IMG/VR virus record: IMGVR_UViG_3300024252_000004
Coordinates: 310,001-374,000 of that record
Reading direction: 5' to 3' (one strand)
Length of the DNA: 64,000 nucleotides
Part shown: in pieces, positions 18,188 to 28,113 of the stretch
Numbering within the stretch: the stretch's first letter is position 1
Layout of the letters: every line of letters begins with the position of its first letter
Notes under the pieces: model-generated
Database searches by the model: none
The model's input: only the letters and a program-made list of their open reading frames with translations
What the model was told of the DNA's origin: nothing
Position numbers and translations under genes: made by a program

Positions 18188-18757
18188 ATGAATGAGATAA
18201 CCATAGCTGGAGCAAGATTCCTCGTCGGAAAATTGCCGGAGCATCTAACCCTTGACAAGGATGAGTTCGAAAAGCTATGGGAGATTCGTCCGTCACATTT
18301 CAATGCGATCAGGATGTTTGACAAAGAAGTCTTTATCCCAAGATGGCAACAAGCCTATGGGAAAAATTATTTCTTTTCAAACCAGACAAGCGAAGCGCTG
18401 CCGATCACAAAAGAACTTGAGCCGTTTCTGCTATGGGCACAGACATTCAATCCTGCATATAACGGGTTGCTTCTTAACTGGTACGACTCCGATCTAAAGC
18501 ACTACATAGGTAGGCATACGGATAGCACCACAGGACTCGTAAAGGGCTCGCATATAATTACCGCATCACTTGGTGCAGACAGAGCCTTCCGAATTAGGGA
18601 GCGCGGTAAGGGTAAAGGTTTTGAGGACTATATTGTCTCTAACGGTTCTGTAGTTGTCATACCTTGGGAGACCAACCGCACGCACACGCACGAGGTTCCT
18701 TATCATGGGAAGTACTCAGGCAAAAGAATTTCTGTAACAGCAAGGGCATTTGTATGA
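18188..18757 (+). CDS. AlkB-family 2OG-Fe(II) dioxygenase
   Basis: PRWQQAYG, NGLLLNWY, HTD, SLG..RAF, THEVP, RISVTAR. Confidence 0.92.
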   Translation: MNEITIAGARFLVGKLPEHLTLDKDEFEKLWEIRPSHFNAIRMFDKEVFIPRWQQAYGKNYFFSNQTSEALPITKELEPFLLWAQTFNPAYNGLLLNWYDSDLKHYIGRHTDSTTGLVKGSHIITASLGADRAFRIRERGKGKGFEDYIVSNGSVVVIPWETNRTHTHEVPYHGKYSGKRISVTARAFV

Positions 18758-19131
18758 GAGATGAACTTCAGCAAAAAATATATGACAAGTATCCTGAAAT
18801 GTTTAATAATCGTTATCATACAGAAATTCTATGTGGTGATTGCTGGCTTCCAATTGTAGATGCAGCTTGCCAAAAAATAAAGAGACGACTTAAGGGTACA
18901 GGACACTTTGTAAGGTTTATTTCAATTAGTAGCTTATCGTATCCCCCTTCTCTTGGATTTTTGGGACCAGCGAGACTAAGATTTACTTGGACTTTGGTAA
19001 GAAGAGAATTTTATACACATAATGAACCGAGCAATCAGGGCAAGATTTTGATCGGGGAAGTTAAAGAGATTTTATGCATGGCTACACGTTTGTCTTTGCT
19101 GATACCAGAGGAGATCATAAATGATCGGTAA
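18754..19131 (+). CDS. hypothetical protein
   Basis: ATGA coupling. Confidence 0.6.
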   Translation: MRDELQQKIYDKYPEMFNNRYHTEILCGDCWLPIVDAACQKIKRRLKGTGHFVRFISISSLSYPPSLGFLGPARLRFTWTLVRREFYTHNEPSNQGKILIGEVKEILCMATRLSLLIPEEIINDR

Positions 19132-19369
19132 ATTATTCGAGTCTATTAACAAGGTGAGAGAGATTAACTCGGAGCATTGTTATCACAAGGTTCTCGTGTT
19201 TGATGAGGATGGGCATTACGAAACTCTCATGATGACGGAACACGAGTTATCTGTAATTAGACAGCGCTCAGAGAGGAACCGTGACGAGGAGCTTGTTCCT
19301 AAGTGGCATGACAAGGCTTATGTTTCTGCTGTTTTTTCGGTAAAGAGTCTATTCGCCAAAGTTTTCTAA
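19121..19369 (+). CDS. hypothetical protein
   Basis: GGAG RBS. Confidence 0.65.
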   Translation: MIGKLFESINKVREINSEHCYHKVLVFDEDGHYETLMMTEHELSVIRQRSERNRDEELVPKWHDKAYVSAVFSVKSLFAKVF

Positions 19370-19390
19370 ATTTCCCATAAGATGTTATAG
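19365..19390 (+). promoter_or_regulatory. promoter-like motif B, facing an antisense gene
   Basis: TCTAA-ATTTCCCATAAGAT-GTTATAG. Confidence 0.7.
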
Positions 19391-19408
19391 GATGACGTAG
19401 CCTTTGTT

Positions 19409-20335
19409 TTACGCGATTGAAGCCCACCAAGCTTCGGCGTCAAAGTTCTCATCTTCATCGGCTAATGGCAATTCTTCCGAATCATCAGGCGTAGGCGCCT
19501 GCTGCTCAATAAGGGAAGCAATTGCCATTTGTGCTGTACCGGTAATGAATTCAAGGTTTGGCAGATAAAGAGTCTTCATGAACTTCTCGGCAGGAGCTTC
19601 AACAGCGAGCCATAGAAGCATAGAGATACCAAAGTCTATTGCGGAGACTGTCAAGCCTCCAATTCCAAGACCTGCGAAATATCCCAATACTGTCGGCATC
19701 AATAGGAGGATATCTTTAAACCCGTCAAGAAGATTGACGACAAAAGAAATTCCTTCGTCCCACAGTAAGCTGCCAGATTTTGTAAGTTCTACAACGGTTT
19801 TGAGTTCGACTGGAGACTCGGAATACTCTTTAGCTTTGCTCATCATTTTTGCAGGCTGTAGTGTGTCCATCCAGTTAAGGCCAACGTCACCAGATTTACC
19901 CTGTACTTTTTTGAATTCCTGAAAGCCATAATACACATTCTTAATGGCTATTAAGAAACTGAATAGTGGAGCAGCTTTGCCGAGCAGAGCCATAGCTCCT
20001 GCTTCTTTAACAAAGAAATCCTCTGATGTCATATTCATATTTGACATTACAACCCTAAGCTTCTCAGCAGAATCTTTAATATCTTCAGGGTCAGCTTCTT
20101 TTAGCGCCGCTGCATCTTTAAGGTTTTTTGCAGCTTCAACGAGGTATACTATAGCTTTAGTTTGCACCTGAGTTTCGTGAGGACGTTCGATCTCATTGAG
20201 AACTGCTTTCCACGCCTCAAGGTCTCCGCCAACGATATTTGCAGACTTGATTAGCAAGTGCGTAAGCTCGTCGGCTTCGCGGTTAAGGTTGGCTTCTTTT
20301 AGGATATCAATAAGGTATTTAAGTTCTTTGTCCAC
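19409..20335 (-). CDS. putative late/virion protein with hydrophobic helices and an N-terminal 'L..L...L.......AD' helix
   Basis: AGGAG RBS; TACTAATAAAA on the minus strand at 20358-20368. Confidence 0.8.
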   Translation of the reverse strand: MDKELKYLIDILKEANLNREADELTHLLIKSANIVGGDLEAWKAVLNEIERPHETQVQTKAIVYLVEAAKNLKDAAALKEADPEDIKDSAEKLRVVMSNMNMTSEDFFVKEAGAMALLGKAAPLFSFLIAIKNVYYGFQEFKKVQGKSGDVGLNWMDTLQPAKMMSKAKEYSESPVELKTVVELTKSGSLLWDEGISFVVNLLDGFKDILLLMPTVLGYFAGLGIGGLTVSAIDFGISMLLWLAVEAPAEKFMKTLYLPNLEFITGTAQMAIASLIEQQAPTPDDSEELPLADEDENFDAEAWWASIA

Positions 20336-20369
20336 TGACTGCTCCTAAGCATAAAGGTTTTATTAGTAA

Positions 20370-21494
20370 ATGAATATAATTCAAGCCAGTAATGCTAACG
20401 TAGTAAGGGTTGCGGAGTATTTCCTACCAAAGGAAATTACAAATCAAAACTTAATAATAGCAGGTGGGTTTGCTACGTGGCTGCTATATTTGCATAAGAC
20501 CGTAGAAGATTGGGATAAGTTTTTTGCAGACTTAGATGTGAGTCTCATAAATCTTGAGGATAAACGGTTAAAGGATGAAGCGACAAAAGGTATTGCGAAA
20601 TTTGGAGATATAGATATCTGGATTCCGGAGAACCATTCTTTAAGAAAGATGAAAATAATCACAAGTCAGGAGCTTTATCCCTTTGGCCTTAAAGAAAACG
20701 CAGGACTTGTGGAGAAAAGTCTTGCTTCCGAGAAATCATTTGAGAAAAGCTTCGGCATTTCCTCTGACCTTCTGAAGGTTAGCAGATTCGCACACACATA
20801 TAGGCTTGAGCATACAGTTAAACTTTTAGGAAAAATAGCGGTTCCGTCAGTGTTCGGCTTGTTTGAGCCAATTGTAATTCCGTATAGAAAGCGAATTAAA
20901 ATGAGGAATGCTTTTCAGATTATAAGAAGAACCTGTGATTCGTTAGAGGAAGTTTTTTCTACATTTGATTTTCACCATACAAGAGCAGCCTACTACAATG
21001 GCTTACTACACTTTACAAAAAAAGCTGAGAGGACTTTCGAAGAGAAGACAATCTTTCCGACAAAGAGTTTCCTTGAGCGACACGATAGCATATCTATTAA
21101 CTCTGCCTGTAGAGCATTTAAGTATATGGAGAGGTACGGATTTGGCTTCTCAGAAGACTTGGCAGATAAGATTGCGGACCTGTATCTTCAAGTTGGAATA
21201 GCAGAGGATACTGCGGATTATGTTGGCCCTCCAAAATATGCCATCATCAATTTATTCAATGCAACGAATCTCACCCCAGAGTATGATCCAGATTATTTAA
21301 TCTTTTTTTCAGAGATCACTCCAGAAACCTTGAGTAAGGTTAAAGGTATTTATCTTAAAAGATTTCTAACATCATTTAAGACATTTTCGAGAATGTCATG
21401 CTTTAAAGATGAGTATATAGGTTTGTTGCTATGTTGCGACATGGAAGAAATAAGTAAAGTAATCGAGAGGCGACTATATGAACAATCCGACTGA
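20370..21494 (+). CDS. Pol-beta superfamily (poly(A)/CCA-adding-like) nucleotidyltransferase
   Basis: IIAGGF, GDIDIW, FSTFDF, RAFKY..YGF motif set. Confidence 0.7.
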   Translation: MNIIQASNANVVRVAEYFLPKEITNQNLIIAGGFATWLLYLHKTVEDWDKFFADLDVSLINLEDKRLKDEATKGIAKFGDIDIWIPENHSLRKMKIITSQELYPFGLKENAGLVEKSLASEKSFEKSFGISSDLLKVSRFAHTYRLEHTVKLLGKIAVPSVFGLFEPIVIPYRKRIKMRNAFQIIRRTCDSLEEVFSTFDFHHTRAAYYNGLLHFTKKAERTFEEKTIFPTKSFLERHDSISINSACRAFKYMERYGFGFSEDLADKIADLYLQVGIAEDTADYVGPPKYAIINLFNATNLTPEYDPDYLIFFSEITPETLSKVKGIYLKRFLTSFKTFSRMSCFKDEYIGLLLCCDMEEISKVIERRLYEQSD

Positions 21495-21813
21495 ACTAAG
21501 AAATTACATTTACTCTGTTGATGACGAAGAAACATTGGTCACTCTCAATGGAATGTTTCGTGACGCTTTGACTATCATTGATGTAGAGAGGAAGCTTCAG
21601 GAGCTAAAAGACAGCCTGTTCGACGGAGCCAGGATGGAGCACATGATGACATTAGCTCCATTTGAAGACGAAGAAGAGGTCATTCATATGGCGGTTACAG
21701 TCTTGAAGGGTAAGCTCAATGTGATTGAGGAAAGAAAGAAGGAAGAAGTAGCCGCCGAGCCTGAGGAACAAAAGCCCGAAGCTGTTCAGGAGGACTCAAA
21801 AACCGAGGATTGA
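21478..21813 (+). CDS. acidic hypothetical protein
   Basis: GAGG RBS. Confidence 0.7.
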   Translation: MNNPTELRNYIYSVDDEETLVTLNGMFRDALTIIDVERKLQELKDSLFDGARMEHMMTLAPFEDEEEVIHMAVTVLKGKLNVIEERKKEEVAAEPEEQKPEAVQEDSKTED

Positions 21814-21862
21814 TACTAATATCATGAAGCTCATGTGAATACCCAAATCTGGAGACTATCAC

Positions 21863-22813
21863 ATGGATAGAAAGATTAGAAAATCCCTTTTAGAGGACTT
21901 GATCAAAGCTGCTCAAGAGACTGATGATGATGAAGATGTAAGCTCTTTCATGGGCGATTTCCTCCCTTATGATGAGGGTCAGTTCGGAAACCATGAAGTC
22001 TTTATGGAAGACTTCACCACAAGGTTTAGGCCGAAAGATATCAATCAGGCAATCGCTATGTCTAATAATTCCAATTGGATCACGATTCCAGAGGTAGCAA
22101 GAAGAAAAGGTTTTCCTCACCTATATGTCCTTGACCCAGGAAAGGCAACTCCTTATGAAAGATACTTTGGAGTTAAGACTGAGTACGGGTATTTGGACAC
22201 ACCAGCTACAGCGGCGCTCAGAGCAGCAGTGTTCAACCCTGGTAAGGTGCATCGTTTTGAGGCTAACCAACCAATGCTTGAGATTCCACCAGATTACTCA
22301 TCTTTACCATCTGGAACAAAGTTTATGATATTGGATCCGCAGGCTGAGCAGTCTGTGATTGCGAATGCTTCAAGAATTATGGAAGGTGCGCAAGGGCGAC
22401 CAGAACATATCAGAAGGGTTAAGATTGACGAAACTGGCGCAGGAGAGTTTACCTCTACTCATGGCGGAGACAGACCTAAGTTAACGCCAGGAATGGCAGA
22501 GAATGATCCCGAACTTGATTCTAAGCTAAAGCATCTTGACACCGCAATCGATCGTTTCTATAAGGAAGATAAGGACGGTGGGATGCAACTTCGAAGGCTG
22601 CACTCTACAGTTGCAAGATTGAGACAAATCCTCGATTCGAAAATTGATGGTTTGGTGTCAGAACAAAGGGATAAGAATAGGGCTTTGAGATTCGAATTCA
22701 AGAAAGAAGAGTATGATGATCTAATTAAGCAAGCGCTTCTAAGAATCATTATCGCAGAGCTTACAGGCGAAGGTTCGCCATTCGAGGGGACAGACCTCGG
22801 ATTGCTTCAATGA
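21863..22813 (+). CDS. putative late protein
   Basis: TACTAAT at 21814-21820; GGAG RBS. Confidence 0.8.
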   Translation: MDRKIRKSLLEDLIKAAQETDDDEDVSSFMGDFLPYDEGQFGNHEVFMEDFTTRFRPKDINQAIAMSNNSNWITIPEVARRKGFPHLYVLDPGKATPYERYFGVKTEYGYLDTPATAALRAAVFNPGKVHRFEANQPMLEIPPDYSSLPSGTKFMILDPQAEQSVIANASRIMEGAQGRPEHIRRVKIDETGAGEFTSTHGGDRPKLTPGMAENDPELDSKLKHLDTAIDRFYKEDKDGGMQLRRLHSTVARLRQILDSKIDGLVSEQRDKNRALRFEFKKEEYDDLIKQALLRIIIAELTGEGSPFEGTDLGLLQ

Positions 22814-23154
22814 ACATAGAGTTTGAAAAAGATGAAATGATGATAGTGGATGGTCACAGTAAAACCGTTGATGGTTATGTTGTAAAGGACTTTCCAGTAT
22901 TCGGAATAGCTAAATACAAGTTAAAAGACTCGGGAGCCCAGCCTAATTGGCAATGGAGCATTATCCATATCCCGTCAGAAGATATCTTTTCGGATATCTT
23001 CAGAACCAAGAAGAGTGCGGAGGAATGGCTGGACATTTTCTTGGAGGAAACTCAAGGACCAAAACAAATTCTGCTTACGGTCCCTGGTGTAAGATTGATT
23101 AGAATTGATTTTGCAGAAGAGATTAGGACAACATTCGCAGAATGGAATAGATAG
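22810..23154 (+). CDS. hypothetical protein
   Basis: ATGA coupling. Confidence 0.65.
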   Translation: MNIEFEKDEMMIVDGHSKTVDGYVVKDFPVFGIAKYKLKDSGAQPNWQWSIIHIPSEDIFSDIFRTKKSAEEWLDIFLEETQGPKQILLTVPGVRLIRIDFAEEIRTTFAEWNR

Positions 23155-23164
23155 GGACAAATAA

Positions 23165-23869
23165 ATGAAGAGAGTCGTCATATCCGACATTCACATTGGC
23201 AGCCAATATTTTAAGGCGGTTGAGCTTTTGCGTTTTTTAAGTGAAGTCGAATATGATGAGTTAATTTTAGCAGGGGACATTATTGATTTCATCAAGGTCC
23301 CTGAGTTTACTGACCGTGCTTTAGCAATCGCACGCACAGTTGATTACTCAAAGACTATCATTTATGTTGTTGGAAATCACGATACCCCGCTCAGAGGGTT
23401 TATTGGCAAAGAATTCTTCGGCATCAAATTTGTTGACAAATATGAATTTGAAGAAGGCGGAAGAAAGTTTAGGGTTGAGCATGGGGATGCCTACGATCAT
23501 CCTATTCTTCAGAACAAAATATTTATGACGCTACTGTCTATCGTTCACGATGCGATTGAAAAGATCACAGAGTTCGATATAACTACTTGGTGGTCAGATT
23601 ACAAGATTAAAAAGAGAAAGCTACGACGTATCTGGGATATTTTGAAAAAGAATAAAGACGTTGACGTATTTATAATGGGGCATTCGCACCATCCAGAGTT
23701 TGTAATTTGGGGACTTCCTGATAAGGATGATATTTCTATCAAGACTTATGTAAACACTGGAGATTGGGTCTCGCATCAGACCTATGTTGAAATCATTGAC
23801 GGAATTGTGAGGTTGAAAGATTATGGAGCAGGAAACACTGATATTGGATCGGACGAATTTACCGATTAA
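23165..23869 (+). CDS. LpxH-like metallophosphoesterase
   Basis: SDIHIG, GDIID, GNHD, EHGD, GHSH, NTGDW. Confidence 0.88.
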   Translation: MKRVVISDIHIGSQYFKAVELLRFLSEVEYDELILAGDIIDFIKVPEFTDRALAIARTVDYSKTIIYVVGNHDTPLRGFIGKEFFGIKFVDKYEFEEGGRKFRVEHGDAYDHPILQNKIFMTLLSIVHDAIEKITEFDITTWWSDYKIKKRKLRRIWDILKKNKDVDVFIMGHSHHPEFVIWGLPDKDDISIKTYVNTGDWVSHQTYVEIIDGIVRLKDYGAGNTDIGSDEFTD

Positions 23870-24512
23870 CGAGTGGCTTAATTACATAGACAGTGAGGGC
23901 TGCGGATTAGATTTAGTCATTACCGACCCTCCATATCCATTCGATAACAAAAATGGCTCAGGGAGACACTCCTATCATGAAGGTGCCGACCTCATGTATC
24001 ATAGGATGGACTGGAAGGAACTTCAGAGTGTTTTTGTCAAGATTAAAGATTTAATGAATGATGGTGGAAGAATCTATGTTTTCTCCAATCGTGATGGATA
24101 TGAAAAGACGAAACAGCTCATGCTCGATGCAGGCTATCGTTACCTTAATACTATCGTTTGGGATAAAGAAAGGTTTGGTGGCGGGTATCACTGGAGGAAT
24201 TCAGTCGAGTACATCCATTATTTCTGCAAGCCAAAGAAGCCAGCAGTCCTTGTCAAAGGTGCTCGCAATGTGTTTGAGTATAAGAAGCCTACAAAGAAGT
24301 GTGCTATTCCTGAGATTGGTTATGACCCAGCGTCCAATGACTCTCCGAAGCCTCACGAAATATGGAGAGACATCATATTGCATGGCGGAGCAGAGGGTGA
24401 TGTAGTAGCAGACCCATTTGCCGGCTCTGACCCATTGTCAGCAGCACTACTTTTGAACGACGAACTTGCAGAGAAGGTAAGTAGAGCATATACAAATTCT
24501 TTTGATGTTTAA
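23823..24512 (+). CDS. beta-class N4/N6 DNA methyltransferase
   Basis: ITDPPY, IVWDK, SPKP, DPFAGS. Confidence 0.85.
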   Translation: MEQETLILDRTNLPINEWLNYIDSEGCGLDLVITDPPYPFDNKNGSGRHSYHEGADLMYHRMDWKELQSVFVKIKDLMNDGGRIYVFSNRDGYEKTKQLMLDAGYRYLNTIVWDKERFGGGYHWRNSVEYIHYFCKPKKPAVLVKGARNVFEYKKPTKKCAIPEIGYDPASNDSPKPHEIWRDIILHGGAEGDVVADPFAGSDPLSAALLLNDELAEKVSRAYTNSFDV

Positions 24513-24578
24513 ATAGTTTTTAATCTACCCGAAACGTAAAAATGGTTGGAACCTTTTATGTTCTATGGAGATTAAAAC

Positions 24579-26180
24579 ATGGGAAAAGTTGTAAAGATTG
24601 GACCTGAAGCAAGAAAAGAAATGCTTCAAGGTGTAGATATTTTAGCAAACGCCGTTAAGGCCACTCTTGGTCCGCGAGGAAGAAACGTTGCTATCGAAAG
24701 GGAATGGGGTCACCCGCTTATTACAAAAGATGGTGTGACTGTAGCTCGACAGATCAGATTGGATGATAGAATTCAGAACATGGGAGCACAGTTGGTGCGT
24801 TCGGTTGCAGCCGCAGCAAATAGCGCGGCAGGAGACGGGACAACAACTGCAACTGTTCTCGCTCAGGCAATCTACTCCAAAGGCTTAGTTCTTGTAGACG
24901 AAGAGGGACTCAACCCTGTTCTTCTTAGACGCGGCATTGACCTTGCTGTGACAAAACTTTCAAGTAGACTGAAGGGCTTATCTGCATCTGTAAGCGATGA
25001 AGCAAGCATGAGAAGTGTTGCTGTAATCTCTGCAAATAATGATAAGGTTCTCGGTGCCAAAATCGCAGAAGCTATCGCGGCAGTTGGTCAGCACGGAGTC
25101 ATTTCCGTTGAGGAAGCGACTGGAAGATCAACTGAGGTGTTCTACTCGGAAGGTATCAAGCTCGATAAGGGATGGACCTCTGAGCATTTCGTGACAAATT
25201 CTGCAAGATTTACGGCAGAATTTGATGATTGTCTTATATTTCCTTATGATGGGGCGATTTCCAGCATCACTGATGTAAGGGAAATTTTTGAGGAATTAGC
25301 CGAGCAATCCAAACCCGTTCTTTTGGTTGTAAAGCAGATCACAGATGAAGCTATTGCTCATCTTGTCTACAACAAGATTCAGGGAAATATTAGAATCGCG
25401 GTAGTTCGTTCTCCTGGGTTTGGTGATTCGAGACGTGCATTCCTCGAAGACCTTGCCATTGTTTCTGGCGGAAAGATGTTCTGTGATAATGACGGAATCG
25501 GTCTTGACGGAGCAACAGTTGCTGATCTTGGGACCGCACGCAGGGTCATCGTAAGCCAGAACAGCACAACTATAATTGAAGGTGGGGCAGATCCCAAAGA
25601 TGTTGAGGCGAGAGCCATTCAGATTAAAGAGCAGCTTACTGCTGGTGGTCAACATGATTATCAGCTTGAGATTCTAAAAAGCAGACTTGCAAGAATCACT
25701 GGCTCGGCAGCGATTTTTAAGGTCGGCGGAAAATCTGAAGCTGAAATGAGAGAGAGAAAGGACAGAGTGGAAGATGCTATCAACGCTGTACGTTCAGCGC
25801 TTGAAGAAGGTGTAGTTCCCGGTGGTGGCTCCGCACTAATTCATGCCCTTCCAGTCCTTGACGAGATTGAGACAGATGGCCTTCTTCCTGAAGAGGTGGC
25901 CGGCATTGGAATTATCAGAGAGGCAGTTAAGGCCCCATTTTATCAGATTCTTGATAACGCCGGAGTCACTGGTGCTGATGATTTTGTTGAGCAGATTTTG
26001 AATTCTGATGAGCCAAGCGGTTATGATGCTCTTAATCTTGAGTTTGTAACTAACATGTTAGACAATGGGATTATGGATCCTTGTAAAGTTGTAAGAAGCT
26101 CTTTGGAGCATGCTGCATCAGCCAGTGGAACACTGCTGACGACAGAGGTTGCAATTTACGAAACTGAAACGGAGAGATAA
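24579..26180 (+). CDS. groEL: chaperonin GroEL
   Basis: TLGPRGRNV, ITKDGVTVA, GDGTTTATVLA, EGVVPGGG. Confidence 0.98.
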   Translation: MGKVVKIGPEARKEMLQGVDILANAVKATLGPRGRNVAIEREWGHPLITKDGVTVARQIRLDDRIQNMGAQLVRSVAAAANSAAGDGTTTATVLAQAIYSKGLVLVDEEGLNPVLLRRGIDLAVTKLSSRLKGLSASVSDEASMRSVAVISANNDKVLGAKIAEAIAAVGQHGVISVEEATGRSTEVFYSEGIKLDKGWTSEHFVTNSARFTAEFDDCLIFPYDGAISSITDVREIFEELAEQSKPVLLVVKQITDEAIAHLVYNKIQGNIRIAVVRSPGFGDSRRAFLEDLAIVSGGKMFCDNDGIGLDGATVADLGTARRVIVSQNSTTIIEGGADPKDVEARAIQIKEQLTAGGQHDYQLEILKSRLARITGSAAIFKVGGKSEAEMRERKDRVEDAINAVRSALEEGVVPGGGSALIHALPVLDEIETDGLLPEEVAGIGIIREAVKAPFYQILDNAGVTGADDFVEQILNSDEPSGYDALNLEFVTNMLDNGIMDPCKVVRSSLEHAASASGTLLTTEVAIYETETER

Positions 26181-26464
26181 TGGATGATTTTTTGCTGGTC
26201 AATGCAGGACTCAATCTTCAGAAGTTCGAGAACAATAAGCATTTCTCATTGGAAGAGCACCCTGAGATTATGGAAGCACTTAATGTATTTCCAAATGGGG
26301 AGATTTGCGGAATTCGACTTGAAGCAATCGAAGAGGTCTTAAACGACACAGAAGTTGACAACATTCGCAATGAACTCAAGGCAGCCCCAAAGCATGTAGA
26401 GATTAGATCAGCAAGAGATTTCTTAAAGGTCATAGCATACTACATTGATATTGAAGAATATTGA
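26180..26464 (+). CDS. hypothetical protein
   Basis: TAATG coupling to groEL; no GroES motif seen. Confidence 0.65.
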   Translation: MDDFLLVNAGLNLQKFENNKHFSLEEHPEIMEALNVFPNGEICGIRLEAIEEVLNDTEVDNIRNELKAAPKHVEIRSARDFLKVIAYYIDIEEY

Positions 26465-26479
26465 CCTTAGCAAATAGTT

Positions 26480-26515
26480 CAAAAGCCTGATAGCAATTTA
26501 GCTGTCGGGCTTTTG
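26480..26515. terminator. intrinsic (bidirectional-looking) terminator
   Basis: CAAAAGCCTGATAGC/GCTGTCGGGCTTTTG stem. Confidence 0.8.
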
Positions 26516-26553
26516 TCATTTCTAATAATATAGTTTGTTTGATTGAGGTGAAC

Positions 26554-28113
26554 GTGCGTAAGCTTGCAGACTTAGAAGTTACAGAGAAGACAGATCCTGC
26601 TACCGGAAATAAAATCCGTATTAGCACGACTGCTCGTCTTGCGTTGAGAATTATGTTTCCAAAGTTTACTGAAGAAAGGAATGCGAGACTAAATGATCGA
26701 ATGGCATTCATGTTCAGTAATTCAGCAGGCAACGTTGTTCACCGTTTCAAATTAGGGAACAAAGATACCGGAGCATGGCGCCCAGCGGAACCAGATTCTG
26801 GTGAACAGAATAATAGAGAAGTTGCTGAAATTAGGTCAGGCCCAGGCGGAGACTTTTTCTTCATTTCTGCTATTAGGCAGGGATACATTGATATCTTAAC
26901 ATTACAAGATAATTGGAAGCAGGGAAAGCCTAATCAAGGTGGATCAAAAGGTGCTGGCGCAGGAGCCGGTGATGGAGATGTATCTTTGGCGAGTCTGAAT
27001 ATCGACATGAGTATATTCGGAGCTACTAATAAAACGAATTTGGACAGAAACAGGAGACATAACATGTCAGCATTGCGCATTCTTGCAGATTTAGCAAACA
27101 AGTTGGACAGTTTTGGTGAGACCAAGGCTGCTGATGAAGTAACCAAGATGATAGAGAAGAGAGCTAGGTGGCCTTTTGGAAAGGCGGACGAAGAGGAAGA
27201 ATTTCCTGCTGCCCCTCCAGTCCCTAAGCCTCCTGTGTCTCCACAGTCTTCTCCATTTTTAAGAGGAACAATTCCTCCTGCGCCGCCTATGAACCCTGTT
27301 GTTACGACCAGTCCGGAAGGTTTCAGCGATGCTCCAGTTGCTGAACCAGCAGAGTCAAGAGTAGTTGGAAAGCTTGGTCCGATTAGGCCAGACAAAGATC
27401 CTTACTCTTACGAATTCCTTCCTTCCGAAGGTGTCTTCAGAGTTTCCAGCTACACTTATGGGCCAGGAGCGGCCCCTAACCCAAGGGCAGAGAGAGCCGT
27501 TGGCGCACATATTACAAGAGAAAATGCAAGAGCTTGGGCTGTATTGTCCGAGTATGTTCCAGAAGGGGACAAGTCCCCTTCCGAAGGGAGACATCTTCTC
27601 ACAGAGTCTACAGGTGATCCTGCAAGAGACTGGAAAGAAGCACAGCTTCAGTTTGCTGGCTGGGTTAACTCAGGACACTTTGGTACTGAACTTCAGAAGA
27701 AGTTTAGACTTGCAGACCCGGGTATGCCAATGCGTCAGCTTATGGATGCAGAGCTTTCTCCAGAGAGTGCGGGATTCCTTGTTGAAAGGTTTGAGGCAAT
27801 GATTGCTGGAAATGTTCTTTCGGATCTAAAAGATCCTGAGACTCTCCTCAGATATGCTCTTGAGCTTCAGAACTATGCTCATCTTGCTAACAGGGCAAGG
27901 GCAGTAGGTCAGCAGTCAATGAGAGAATCTGAGACGGTCATGTCTCCGGGTGGATACCCATCATCATACCCATCATCATCAGAGGCTGAAGATTTCACAC
28001 TGGCATCTATGGACTCAATAGAGGATATAAGAAAGAAGGCATCTGCTAACGTAGATAGGCTTGCAGCACTTTTCACAGTCCCAGGTGGAAGCGGTCCTTT
28101 CGGAAGGGACTGA
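26554..28113 (+). CDS. putative late/virion protein; nested in-frame start at 27064
   Basis: GAGGTG RBS then GTG (MRKLA); TTCTAATAATA at 26520; internal TACTAAT 27024 + AGGAG + ATG 27064. Confidence 0.8.
   Translation: MRKLADLEVTEKTDPATGNKIRISTTARLALRIMFPKFTEERNARLNDRMAFMFSNSAGNVVHRFKLGNKDTGAWRPAEPDSGEQNNREVAEIRSGPGGDFFFISAIRQGYIDILTLQDNWKQGKPNQGGSKGAGAGAGDGDVSLASLNIDMSIFGATNKTNLDRNRRHNMSALRILADLANKLDSFGETKAADEVTKMIEKRARWPFGKADEEEEFPAAPPVPKPPVSPQSSPFLRGTIPPAPPMNPVVTTSPEGFSDAPVAEPAESRVVGKLGPIRPDKDPYSYEFLPSEGVFRVSSYTYGPGAAPNPRAERAVGAHITRENARAWAVLSEYVPEGDKSPSEGRHLLTESTGDPARDWKEAQLQFAGWVNSGHFGTELQKKFRLADPGMPMRQLMDAELSPESAGFLVERFEAMIAGNVLSDLKDPETLLRYALELQNYAHLANRARAVGQQSMRESETVMSPGGYPSSYPSSSEAEDFTLASMDSIEDIRKKASANVDRLAALFTVPGGSGPFGRD

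Noticed and set aside
26180-26464. GroES partner of groEL
   Set aside because: The size fits but there is no PLxDRV, mobile-loop GGI or beta-barrel pattern.
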